A DNA stretch of 64,000 nucleotides from Mobula hypostoma (Eukaryota): the NCBI RefSeq assembly GCF_963921235.1, contig NC_086108.1, positions 76,076,001-76,140,000 of the forward strand. Reading direction: 5' to 3'. The translations under genes were made by a program, and so were the position numbers. The notes under the pieces are model-generated. The model was not told where the DNA came from. It saw only the letters and a list, made by a program, of their open reading frames with translations, and did no database searches. Shown one piece after another: positions 25,451 to 38,074 of the stretch (within the stretch, counting starts at the first letter, position 1; every line of letters starts with the position of its first letter).

Positions 25451-26428
25451 GGCTACGTCCACACTACACCGGATAATTTTGAAAACGCCGGTTTCGGGTA
25501 AAAACGACAGGCGTCCACACTAAGCGTTTTTCAAAATATCTCCGTCCACATTAGGCGGATATTTGGGCGAATCTCCTCCTACTGGGCATGCGCAGGACAC
25601 ACACAGAAAACTAGCGAAGAGGAAACGATATACTTCGTGCGCGTTTGTTCAGTTACAGAGTAGAAAAACTTTAAAGGAATTGCTCTTGGCTCTCGCACAG
25701 GAGGACTTAAAACTTAAAAAAAAATACTGGAGCGTATGGAGGCAACTGACAGGGAGTTCACGGACGGTATGACCCAGCTGACGACGAACATTGAAAAACT
25801 AACTCTGTTACATTAATAAAGCACCTTGTTAAATGTATAAAACGCCTGCATCAGCGTTATCTTGTATTTCCATACAATGTTACATTAGGCTGTTACACAT
25901 CTATTGTCAGAGAAGTACTTGCATAAATAGGTAAACCACCTTCATACAAGCAAGGACAGAAAACAGGGCGAAGTGAGTATACGTATTTATTCAGTAAGCT
26001 ATGGGTCAACTGGCTTCAGTCTCGTCCGTCTGTTCTGAAATTGTTAGGTGGTGGCGTTCAAGAAAACAATGAACATCTGTTCCAGCACGTCATGACAGCG
26101 TTTTTAAATAGTCAAAAAAACTCACTTTACAATTTAACTCTCACGCCGTTCACACCGATTGTGTGTTATAACAGCTTGCGCAGTACCAAGCAGAAGCAGA
26201 AAAAAGCATTGTTGTTGTGCTGTCATGACAGCGTTTTAAAATCTCTCCGGTTACCCTGTACACACTACGCCGGATATTAAGCGTTTTCAGATTTATTCAC
26301 TCTGGAGAGTGTTTTCGAAAATCTCCGTTTTCGGGGGCTGAAAACGCCGGCTCAGTGTGGACGGGAGGGCAAAACGAAGAGAAAAAAGCTTCGTTTTCAA
26401 AATTATCCGGCGTAGTGTGGACGTACCC
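25451..26428. mobile_element. Non-autonomous PIF/Harbinger transposon
   Basis: 37-bp TIRs GG(C/G)TACGTCCACACTAC(A/G)CCGGATAATTTTGAAAACG; 3-bp TSD TGA; short coiled-coil-like coding remnant at ~25650-25800. Confidence 0.85.
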
Positions 26429-26639
26429 TGATTGAAACGTTGTATTTTTGGTGTGTTCTTAGTGAAGAGTTTATTCCTCAATTATTAGTGATTTGAGGTC
26501 CAATGTACTATATTTATCAAATTTAGTTCCACTTGGAAAGTGGGTACTCAACTTGTTTTTGGATATGTGAATGATTTATTGTATAATTGGAAACTAAGAA
26601 TTGAATTTAGATGCTGTAAAATGGGAAAATTATATACCT

Positions 26640-29600
26640 TACTAAGGTTTCATAAAAAGCAAAAATTGCATAGGTCACTAGATTCTAAAAGGACAATGAG
26701 TGTAAGGGCATTTTAAATGCCTGTAGTATTAGAAACAAGGTTAGTGAACTTGTGGCACAGATCAGTACCAAGGCATATGATTTAGTGGCCATTACAGAAA
26801 CCTGGTTGTAAGGTGGAGATGACTGGGAATTAAATATCCAAGGGTATCAGGTAATACGGAAAGATAGGCAGGAAGGTAGAGGAGGTGGGATGGCGCTCTT
26901 GATTAGGGATGAGTTCAGGGCAATTGTGAGTGATGATATAAGATCTACGGAGCAGAATGTTGAGTCCATCTGGGTAGAGATTAAGAATAGTAAAGGAAAG
27001 AAAATCACTGGTGGATGTTGTCTATAGGCTACCGAATAAAAATATTGCAGTGGCAGAGGAGGTTAACCAAGAAATAACTGAGGCTTGTAAGAACAGTTGT
27101 CATGGGGGATTTTAACTTCCACATTGGGTGAATCAGGTTGGTCAAGGAAGTCTTGAGGAGGACTTCTTAGAATGCATCCGTGATGGCTTTCTTGAGCAGC
27201 ATGTTAGTGAACCTACAAAGGGAAAATACAATCTTAGATCTAGTCCTGTGCAATGAGACAGGTAAGATTAATGATCTTATAGTCAGGGATCTTCTTGGAA
27301 AGAGTGTTCATAGTATGATTGAATTTCGCTGCAGATGGAGGATGAAATAGTTAGATCTAGAACTAGTGTATTATGCTTGAACAAGGGAGACTACAACAGG
27401 ATGAGGGAGGAGTTGGCTAATGTGGATTGGGAGCACAGGCTATTTGGTAGGACAGTTGAGGGAACAGTGGAATACTTTCAAAGATTTTTCGCAGTGCTCA
27501 ACAAAAGTATATTCCAGTCAAAAGTAAGGACAGTAAGAGTGGGGAGAGCCAGCCTTGGATAATTAAGGAAATAAAAGATAGTATCAAATTAAAAACTCAT
27601 GTGTACAAAGTTGCAAAGAGTAGTAGGAGACTGGAGGTTTGGGAAAACTTTAAAAAGCAACAGAGAACAACTAAACAAGAAATAAGGAAAGGGAAGATAG
27701 AGTATGAAAGTAAATTAGCACAAAATATAAAAACAGATGGCAAAAGTTTCTATAAATACATAAAGTGGAAGAGGGTGGCTAAAGTCAACGTAGGTGCCTT
27801 GGAAGACGAGAAGAGGAAATCGATATTAGGTGATAAGGAAATGGCTGAGGGGTTGAATGACTATTTTGTGTCGGTCTTCACGGTGGAGGACGCGTCTAAT
27901 ATGCCAAAGGATGTTATGGATGAAATGGGAGGTGAGGACCTCTGTAAAATCACTGTCACTAAAGAGATAGTGATGAGCAAATTAGAGGACCTGAAGGTAG
28001 ATAAGTCCCCTGGTCCTGATGGGATGCATCCCAGGGTACTAAGGGAATTGGTGGAGGTTATAGTAGATGCGTTGGTAATCATTTATCAAAACTCTCTAGG
28101 ACTTTGGGCAGGTCCCAGTACATTGGAAGACAGCAAATGTCACGACACTTTTTAAAAAAGGATGTAGGCAAAAGACGGGCAACTATAGGCCAGTTAGCTT
28201 AACATTTGTAGTTGGGAAAATGCTTGAAGCTGTCATTAAGAAATAGCGAAATATTTAGAAAGGAGTGGTTCCATTAGATAGAAGCAGCATGGATTCGGAA
28301 AGGGCGGGTCCTGTTTGACAAACTTACTGGAGTTCTTTGAGGACATAATAATTGCAGTAGATAGAGGGGAACAGGTGGATGTCGTATACTTGGATTTCTA
28401 GAAGGCGTTCTATAACGTGCCACTCAAGAGACTTATAAATTAGATACGGATGCATTGCGTCAGAGGAAGTGTATTGGCATGGATAGTGGATTGGTTAACC
28501 AATAGAATGCAGAGAGTTGGTATAAATGGGTGTCTCTCCGGTTGCAGGCAGTGGTGAGTGGGGTGCTGCAGGGGTCGGTGCTGGGCCCGCAGCTGTTTAC
28601 CATTTACATTGATGATTTGGTAGAGGGGGCTGAGTGTAGCATAGCAAAATTTGCTGATGAGACTAAACTGAGTGGAAAAGCAAATTGTACAGAGGATGTG
28701 GAGAGTCTGCAGAGGGATATAGATAGGTTAAGTGAATGGGCCAAGGTCTGGCAGATGAAATACAACATTGGTAAATGCGAGATCGTTCATTTGGAAAGAA
28801 TAATAGAAAGGCAGATTATTATTTAAATGGTGAAAGATTGCAGCATGCTATTGTGCAGAGGGACTTGTTCATGAATCGCAAAAAAGTTGGCTTGCAGGTA
28901 CAACAGGTTATTAAGAAGGCAAACGAAATGTTGACCTTGATTGCTAGAGGGATTGAATTCAAGAGCAGGGAGGTCATGCTGCAACTATACAGGGTACCGG
29001 TGAGGCCACACCTGGAGTACTGTGTGTAGTTCTGGTCTCCATACTTGAGGAAGGATATACTGGCTTTGAGGCAGTGCAGAGGAGGTTCACCAGATGAGTC
29101 CAGGGATGAAGGGGTTAGCCTATGAGGAGAGATTGAGTCGCCTGGGACTATACTGTCTGGAATTCAGAAGAGTGAGAGGAAATCTTATAGAAAAGTACAA
29201 AATTTTGAAAGGGGTAGATAAGATAGAAGTAGGAAAGTTGTTTCCATTGGTAGGTGAGACTAGAACTGGGGGACATTGCCTCAAGATTCAGGGGAGTAGA
29301 TATAGGATGGAGATGAGGAGAAACTGTTTTTCCCAGAGAGTGGTGAATCTGTGGAATTCTTTGCCCAGGGAAGCAGTTGAGGCTTCTTCATTAAATATAT
29401 TTAAGATATGGTTAGATAGGTTTTTACATAGTAATAGGGGAATTAAGGGTTATGGGGGTAAACTCAGATGGAGCTGAGTTTACGGATAGATAAGCCATGA
29501 TTTTATTGAATGGCGGGGCAGGCTCGATGGGCCAGATGGCCTACTTCTGCTCCTATTTCTTTTTTTTTGGTGTGTGCCTGCGTGCATGCGCGTCTGTGCG

Positions 29601-29855
29601 TGTGCGTGCGTCGGTGATGATGTCTTTTTCATGGCTTTTGCAAGGCACAGAGTGAGAGAGACTATGTGGCGCGCCACTCCTCACCCAGACATTTTTGCAG
29701 TATTTTTCCCTCTTTATTTTACGCTTTGAGGTCAAGTTGGGATCTCGACACTCAACCCGGCACGGTTGGAAAGCGTACTCTGCTCCCGGGTCCGGTGCCG
29801 ATGTTGTTGTGCCACCAGCCGGCCCCTGCTCCTATTTCTTATGTTCTTATGTTCA
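26640..29855 (+). mobile_element. CR1 LINE ORF2 (endonuclease and RT) with 3' tail, degraded
   Basis: KSPGPDGMHPRVL, SGVLQGSVLGP, KFADETKL, FSQRVVNLWNSLP; (TTCTTATG)n tail at ~29837-29855. Confidence 0.92.
29562..29825 (-). mobile_element. Poly(A)-tailed SINE, probably tRNA-derived
   Basis: 15-bp TSD CTGCTCCTATTTCTT (29547-29561, 29826-29840); T-run at the left end; minus strand starts GGGCCGGCTGGTGGCACAA (A-box-like). Confidence 0.75.
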
Positions 29856-31139
29856 TAAGTAATGTTACATCAAATAGTGGTATGCACCTTCCAAAGTTTT
29901 GTATAATGTTCCACCAAAACTGAATTATTTCTGAACATCTATATAACATTAATAAGAACTACACAATGCATCTGAAAGGGAGAGATCCTTTTTAACAATA
30001 AAAGCACCTTGACTTCTTTTAAAGACAATATAGATTAAAAACTAGCACTTGAAAGCTTAGTTCCACATGAAAGACTTCTAATTAAACTAAGCTTTACACA
30101 AATCTGGTTTTGAAAATGGAATACCTTTGTAGCTTACTTACAATAACCACCTCTAATGGTTCTGCAATCCCAAAATCCACGAACTGTGAAAACTAAGTCC
30201 AAGTACTTAGAAACATGTCAATTCTTCAATATACCCTGTAAGCGTGTGTCCTTAATCTCTTGGCTGTCCCATCCTCTTATTACAAATGTATTTATAATAT
30301 CCTGAATGTTTGTACCAAGCAATATTGAAAGAAAATTAAATATCAGAAGGATTGCAACAGTTCAAGGAGATGGCCCAACACCATATCCTCAGGGAAAATG
30401 GGTCTTAAATAAAGAGATAAAACATACATTTAAAAATTTCCTCAGTTTTGCTAATTGTATCACTTACTACTTACTATTTTTAATCTTTTTTGAATCTTTT
30501 TTTAAAATCTAATGTGATTTTTTTAATGAGAAGATTGTAGTAGGTTTGAAATAAGTAGTCACGAGGCAAGACAAACTAAATAACGAGGCAAAACATTAAA
30601 GGGGTGCAGGAACAAGATCCCCCAAGCTGTTTGTACATAAGTAATTGAAAATGAGAGTTCAGTTGATAAAGCTATTAAAAGATCAGACAAAATTATAAGC
30701 TTCACACATAAGCATAGATTACGAAAACAAGAAGGTAATACAAAACCTTCATTTAACAAAACAGGTGTTTGGATCTTAATTAATGAATTGTGTCCAATTA
30801 TGAGCACAAGACTTTACTACTACTGAAAGCACCAAAAAGATATGCTGGAATTAAGTCAGAGATCTATGACTTCAACTTGGAAGAAGGTCATTAGATGTGA
30901 GACATATCCTCATTACATGAATCTACAGTGCCTGTAAAAAGTATTCACCACACCCCACCCCCCAAGAAGTTTTCATATTTTATTATTTTACAACATTGAA
31001 TCACAGTGTATTTAATTTGGCTTTTTTTAACACTGATCAGTAGAAAAAGACTCTTGTGTCAGAGTGAAAACAGATCTCTGTAAAGTGACCCAAATAATTA
31101 CAAATATAAATCACAAAATAATTGGTTGCTTAAGGATTT

Positions 31140-31280
31140 ACCTTTGTATTTGGAGTCTGACTCCTGATCCTTTTTTTCTCCGGTCCTGCTGAAGGAACTC
31201 AGTCTGAAATGGGGACTGTACTCTTTTCCATGGATGCTGCCTGGCCTACTGTGTTCTTCCAGCATTTTGTGTGTGTTGCT
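31140..31280 (+). mobile_element. Older Penelope terminal-repeat fragment with decayed hammerhead
   Basis: GTC-CTGCTGA-AGGAACTCAGTCT-GAAA-TGGG-GAC followed by the shared end ...cagcattttgtgtgtgttgct. Confidence 0.65.
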
Positions 31281-32143
31281 CTTCTCCAAAGTTGCAGTTA
31301 TCTTGCAGACTGCATCAAGTTTTCCTTCAGGATTTCCCTGCATTTTGTTGTGTTCATTTTATCCTCTATCTCAGCATTTCTCAACCTTTGGGAACCCTTG
31401 AAATAATTTTCAGGTTTCGGGGAACCGGTGTAGAATTTATTATATTTATAGCTCACAGTACTTTAGCGTATCAGTAAGTAGTAGATATAATAATCCAAAA
31501 ATAATTGTTAATGCTCTTTTGAGTAGGGAATGATTTTTTAGCCAACCTTTCTTGAAAGCTCATAAGGCAAATATAGCAAATTTCTGTTAAATAACTAGCT
31601 TAAGCCAAAATGGGATTTAATTTTTTTAAAGGTAGGCTTGGTAGATTTAATTTGAATAAAGGTTGTTAACTGATTTTAATTAATATTAATTACAACATGA
31701 AAATTTATTTGCAATGTTGAAGCAGTGTGTTGTGACTTCAGATTTCCTTTTTTTTTACAAGAGAAATGAAACCTCTCACGGAGCCAGTCATTGATGGCGC
31801 ACCATCAGTACAGATGTCGAAACAGTTCCTCCAAGGCAGACCTTTTGTTTCCAGATATGAAGCTGAAACATTAAATATATCTTGGCCTTTGCTTGTTTTG
31901 GGCAGCTCTTTGCAACAGAAAACACTTTCTTGAATTTCACCATCATTAACAAATCGTACAAATGCTACAACATGATGACATTTTCTGGTGAAATCTGTTG
32001 ACTCATCAACCCAGATAGAGAAGCTGTTGTTTTTCAGTTTATCACATAAAACCTCTTCAGCATCATGTGACATGTCATCAATATGTCAACTGATCGTACT
32101 GTTTGAGCGTGAAACCTTTTCAATTTCTCATACTACATCTTCT

Positions 32144-32530
32144 CCATAGGACCATATGACGAAGGAGCAGAATTTAACCATTTAGCCCATCGAGTCTGCT
32201 CCACCATTCCATCATGATCCCAGATCTCACTCAACCCCATACGCCTGCCTTCTCGCCATATCCTTTGATGTCCTGACTGATCAGGAAACTATCAGCTTCC
32301 ATCTTAGATATACACATGGACTTGCCCTCCTCCACATCCTGTGGCAGAGCATTCCACAGATTACTTACTCTCTGGATAAAAAAAAATTACTCTTTACCTC
32401 TATTCTGAAAGGTTGCCCCTCAATTTTGAGGCTGTGCCTGCTAGTTCCAGAAATATCCTCTCCACATCCACCCTATCAAATCCTTTCAACATTAGGTAGG
32501 TTTCAATGAGATCCCCATGCATTCTTCCAA
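32144..32530 (-). mobile_element. CR1 3'-end fragment
   Basis: Closely similar to the CR1 3' end at 33005-33400. Confidence 0.8.
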
Positions 32531-33535
32531 CGAATTATTGTCCTTCCCCAGAATTATCACAAAGGCAGGGTCCAAAAAGGTGTGCTAGTTTGCAGTAAGA
32601 ACATTAGATTTGAGGAACTTCAGAGAACTAGAACTTGTGTTGTGGTGTAACTATTCAGGTGGAATCTGACTTGTCAGAGGTGCCCCTGTGTTTCGCCGAG
32701 AGTTCAGAGCACAGGAATCCTCAGCAGGACTGACCAAGAGTGGTGTTAGTCTTGAAGCAGCGCGCACTTCCACAGATTTCATCAAGATTTACAGGAAGAT
32801 GTTTTCTGCTTAGCATTGCTGCTTGCTGCACCTCCAACAATGTCTTTGGGTCAGCTGCAGAGTCATCAGCCAGGGACCATAACTCATTGATGTTTCACTC
32901 CCTTAGCCCTGGTACACCTCCAGGTGGTGTGGCAGGCCTACTCCCTGCCACCTGCAGCTTCCATTGGGGTTAGTTGGTCCCCCAGTTTCTTCCTTAACCA
33001 CAGCCATGAGACCATAGGACATAAGAGCACAATTAGACCATTCTGCCCATCGTGTCTGCTCTGCCATTCCATCATGGCTGATCCCAGCTCCTACTCAAAC
33101 CCATATACCTACCTTCTCACCATATCCTTTGATGTCCTGACTGATCAGGAAATGATCAACTTCTGTCTTAAATATACCCATGGATTTGGCCTCCACTGCA
33201 GTCTGTGGCAGAGCATTCCGCAGATTTACTACTCTCTGGCTAAAAAAAATTACTCCTTATCTCTGTTCTAAAGGGTCGCCTCTCAATTTTGAGGCTAGTT
33301 CTAGATACCCCCACCATAAGAAACGTCCTCTCCACATCCACCCTATTTAGTCCTTTCAACATTCAGTAGGTTTAAATGAGTTCCCCCTGCATCCTTCTGA
33401 GTTCCAGTGAGTACAGCTCTAAAGCTGCCAAACGCTGCTCATATGATAACCGCTTCATTCCCGGAATCTTCCCCATGAACATCCTCTGGACTCTCTCCAA
33501 TGACAACACATCTTTTCCGAGATGTGAGGCCCAAA

Positions 33536-34140
33536 AATCAGAATCAGGTTTATTATCACCGGCATGTGTCATGAAATTTGTTAACTTAGCAGCAGCAGTT
33601 CAATGCAATACATAATATAGAAGAAGGAGGAAAATAAAGTAAAATAAAATATAATAATAATAAGTAAATTACAATATGCATATATTGAATAGATTAAAAA
33701 TCGTGCAAAAACAAATAATATATATTAAAAAGTGAGCTAGTGTTCAGGGGTTCAGTGTCCATTTAGGCAGAGGGGAAGAAGCTGTCTTGAATCACTGAGT
33801 GTGTGCCTTCAGGCTTCTGTACCTCCTACCTGATGGTAATAGTGAGAAAAGGGCATGCTATGGGTGCTTGAGCTCCCTAATAATGGATGCTGCCTTGAAG
33901 ATGTCCTGGGTACTTTGTAGGCTAGTACCCAAGATAGAGCCGACTAAATTTACGACCCTCTGCGGCGTCTTTCAGTCCTGTGCAGTAGTTCCCCCCCCCC
34001 CCGCCATGCCAGACAGTGATGCAGCCTGCCAGAATGCTCTCCACAGTACAACTATAGAAGTGTTTGAGTGTATTTGTTGACATACCAAATCTCTTCAAAC
34101 TCCGAATGAAGTATTGATATGTTGGGACCAGGTTAGGTCC
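33536..34140 (-). mobile_element. Rex1-like 3' fragment nested in CR1
   Basis: (TTCTGA)n tail at 33536-33548; degraded Rex1-type C-terminal sequence; CR1 resumes at 34141. Confidence 0.6.
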
Positions 34141-34376
34141 TGTGACAGTACTCCAAGTGCTACCTGACGAATGTCTTATAAAGGTTCCGCATTATCTCCT
34201 TACTTTTGCAATCTATTCCCCTTGAAATAAATGCCAACATTGCATTTGCCACCTTTGCCACAGATTCAATCTGTAAATTAACCTTCTGGGAGTCTTGCAT
34301 GAGGACTCCTAATCCCTCTGCACCTCTGATGTTTGAACCTTCTCTCCATGTGGATAATAGTCTGCACTATTGTTCC

Positions 34377-35663
34377 TTTCCCCCGCTATCCGAAGGTAGA
34401 GCGTTCCTATGAAACAGTTCGTAAGCCGGAATGTCGTAAAGTGAATAAGCAATTACCATTTATTAATATGGGAAAAAATTTTGAGCGTTCCCAGACCTAA
34501 AAAAATAGCCCCCAAGATCATGCCAAATAACACATAAAACCTAAAGTAACAGTAACATATAGTAAAAGCAAGAATGATATGATAAATACACAGCCTATAT
34601 AAAGTAGAAATACTTTATTGCAGCACTGTCTAATGCAGCGAAAATCTTGCGGAAGCGCTCTCGATAGAAACACTCTGTCCAGTAACCTTGAAGCTATGAA
34701 GCTGCCAAATCATACCAAATAACACATAAAAATACACAGCCTATATAAAGTAGAAATAATGTATGTACAGTGTAGTTTCACTTACCAGAATCGGGAAGAC
34801 TCCAATAAATTGCAGTTTCGTCACAGTTAAACACTTATACGAATAAGCACCTGATGCAATTGGCAATCACCTCTGATCTGGACCGACAATTACGTGCCAG
34901 GCGGCACCTAATTAATTAGCTTGTTTATTTAGACTTTTTTCGTGAAGGTGTGCTGGGTGCGTTCCGACTACCGCTGCACCACTGCATTCTTCACAGCAAT
35001 GTATCAGTCCACGGCCCAGAGGTTGGGGACCACTGATTAAACTATGAAGCTGCCCTCGCCTCAGAAACCGATCAAACCACCCATGACTACCTTTAAATTC
35101 CACTTTCGCAACACTTTCATCACCATCGTCCAGTGCTTTCTGGTTCAGCTTATTTAAAAGACTGACTGATTTCTCCTTAAGTATAAGAAAACTTAATGGA
35201 ACACCATGCTTTGTACACCCATCAATGCACTCAAGCAATAGACTTTCCATTTTATCCATTATAGGATGCCGACTAAGAGAGACCAGTTTGTTACGAGCAG
35301 AACCAAAAGTAACATTGGCAGCTTTCAAAATTCTTTCTCTCTGCGGATAAATAGTGTGAATGGTGGATACAGGCAAGATCAACACACGGACAGTGTCCTT
35401 ACTTCGTTCACTACGATCGAAACGCTTAATTATGTCTAGTTTTACGCTTAGTGCAACACCGTTACAAGCTCTTTTAGGGTTTCTGATACTTTACAACTCA
35501 TCTTGCTAACAGATGCACAAAATAAATTGAGATAAAGCATGTGTTTAAGCAATACTGACTAGAATGCAGTTCCGGGGAAGGAGCTTGGCTGTTCAGGCGC
35601 GCGCTGCCTTTTTTCGTAACAGCAAGGTGTCGTAAAGCGAACGTTTGGAAAACGGGCCACCTG
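34377..35663 (-). mobile_element. Tigger/pogo transposon, deleted copy retaining the CENP-B-type HTH
   Basis: Ends homologous to 22132-23735 (right end CACCTG|TA, left TIR damaged); ORF 34912-35385 MESLLLECID..EFKGSHGWFDRF. Confidence 0.8.
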
Positions 35664-37814
35664 TATTATATATTTCCCAACACTGCATTCCATCTGCCAC
35701 TTTTTTGCCCACTCTTCCAATTTGTCTTAAGGCATTGCTTCCTCAGCACTATCTACCCCTCCACTTATCTTCGTATCATCCGCAAACATTGCTATAAAGC
35801 CATCAATTCCATTATCTGAATTATTGACAAATAATGTGAGAAGTAGTGGTCCTAATACTGCCCCTTGAAGAACACCACTAGTCACCTGCAGCCAACCAGA
35901 AAAGGCCCCTTTTATTCTCACCCTTTGCTTCCTGCCTGTCAGCCATTCCGCTATCCGTGCCAGTATCTTTCCTGTAACGCCATAGGATTTTATCTTGTTA
36001 AGCAGCCTCATGTGTGACACCTTATCAAACGCTTTCTGAAAATCCAAGTAAATGACATCGACTGCCTCTCATTTGTCCACCCTGCTTGTTACTTCCTCAA
36101 AGAACTGTAACAGATTTGTCAGGCAAGATTTCCCTTTAAGAAACTTTGCTGACATTGTGTTATTTTATCATTAGTCTCCAAGTACCTTGACACCTCATCC
36201 TTAATAATAGACTCCAATACTTTCCCAACCACTGTGGTTAGGCTGACTGACCTGTAATTTTCTTTCTTTCGCCTTCCTCCCTTCTTACAGAGTGGAGTGA
36301 CATTTGTAATCTTCCAGTCCTCGGGGACCATGCCAAAATCAAGTGATTCTTGAAAGATCATGAGCAATTCATCTGTAATCTCTTCAGCAACCTCTCCGGG
36401 ACTCTGAGATGTAATCCATCTGGTCCAGGTGACTTATCCATCTTAAGACCTTTGAGTTTGCATCAATCTTCATCGTGGAAGACCCTAGCAGTGTGCCAGA
36501 GGTCCAACTCAGGGAGCAGGAGTGAGTGCCATTGTGATTACGAAGGAAAAAGTGCTAGGCAAAGTACCCATTAAGTTCATCTGTTATTTCTTTGTCCCCC
36601 ATTACTACCACACCAGCATAATTTTCTAGTGGTACAGTATGAACTATCACCTCCATTGTACTCTTTATATAACTGAAAAAACTTTTAATATCCTGCTTTA
36701 TATTATTAGCTAATCTGCCCTCACATTTCATCTTTACCCTTGTAGCTTTTTTAGTTGAGTTTTGTTGGATTTCAAAAGCTTCTCAATCATCCAAATTCCC
36801 ACTCACTTCTGATACCTTGTATGCCCTTTTCTTGGCTTTCATCCAGTCCTTAACTTCCTTTGTCAGCCACAGTTGCCTATCCCTGCCATTTGAGAACTTC
36901 TTCCTCTGTGGGACGTATCTCTGCTGCACCATGTGAACTATTCCCAGAAACTTCAGCCATCTCTGTTCTGTTGTCATCCCCGCTAGTATCTTCCTCTGAT
37001 CTGCCTGGACAATCTCCTCTCTCGTGAATCTGTAATTCCCTTTATTCCATTGCGATAGAGATACATGTGAGTTATGCTTCTCCCTCAAATTGCAGTATGA
37101 ATTCAATCATTTTATGATCACTGTCTCCTAAGGGATCCTTTACTTTTAAGCTCTCTAATAAGATCTGGGTTATTACACAACACCCAATCTAAGATTGCCT
37201 TTCCCCAACTATGCTCAACACAAACTGCTCTAAAAAGCCATCTCGTAGGTATTCAACAAATTCCCTCTCGTGATCCGACACCAACCTGATTTTCCCAATC
37301 CTCTTGCATATTGAAGTCCCCCATTACAATTATGTCATTACCCTTATTACATGTCTTTTCCAACTCCCTTTGCAATCTCAACCCCACATCTAGGCTACTA
37401 TTTGGAAGTCTATATATGATTCCCATAATGACTATTTTACCCTTGCAGTTTCTTAGCTCCACCCACAAAGATTCAACATTCTCTGACCCTATGTCACCTC
37501 TTTCTACAGATGTAATTCCATCTACTACCAACAGAGCCACACCACCACCTATACCTTCCTGCCTGTCCTTTCGATACAAAGTATGTACTTTGATGTTAAG
37601 CTCCCAGCTATGGTATTCTTTCAGCCACAACTCAGTGATGCCCACAACATCATACTGACCAATTTAATTGTGCCATGAGTTCGTCCACCTTATACCAGAT
37701 ACTGCGCACATTTAAATACATCACCTTCAGTCTGTCCTGCATTCTTTGCCCTTTTGAATTTTGCTTGTGTGGTACAATTTTAATTCTTTGGCCTGATTGC
37801 ATTTGTACTCTAAC

Positions 37815-38074
37815 TCACAGTTGGAGACTCATTCCACCCAGATGCAACACAGAGCGTCATAGGAAGTCATTCCTGCCTGTGGCCATCAAACTTTACAACT
37901 CCTCCCATGGAGGGTCAGACACCCTGAGCCAATAGGCGGGTCCTGGACTTATTTCCTGGCATAATTTACATATTACTATTTAAATATTTATGGTTTTTTT
38001 ACTATGTAATTATTTATGGTGCAACTGTAGCGAAAACCAATTTCTCCCGGGATCAATCAAGTATGACTATGACT
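37815..38074 (+). mobile_element. Rex1 3' fragment (same subfamily as 14751-15560)
   Basis: 14-bp TSD ATTTGTACTCTAAC (37801-37814, 38075-38088); RLIPPRCNTERHRKSFLPVAIKLYN; (GACTAT)n tail. Confidence 0.9.

Noticed and set aside
31738..32073. Domesticated ZBED/FAM200/SCAND3-like gene
   Set aside because: Fragmentary, contains stops and is split by a 7-kb insertion; an ordinary decayed hAT transposase
34912..35385. TIGD-like host gene
   Set aside because: Lies between Tigger termini inside a CR1, is truncated and lacks the catalytic domain
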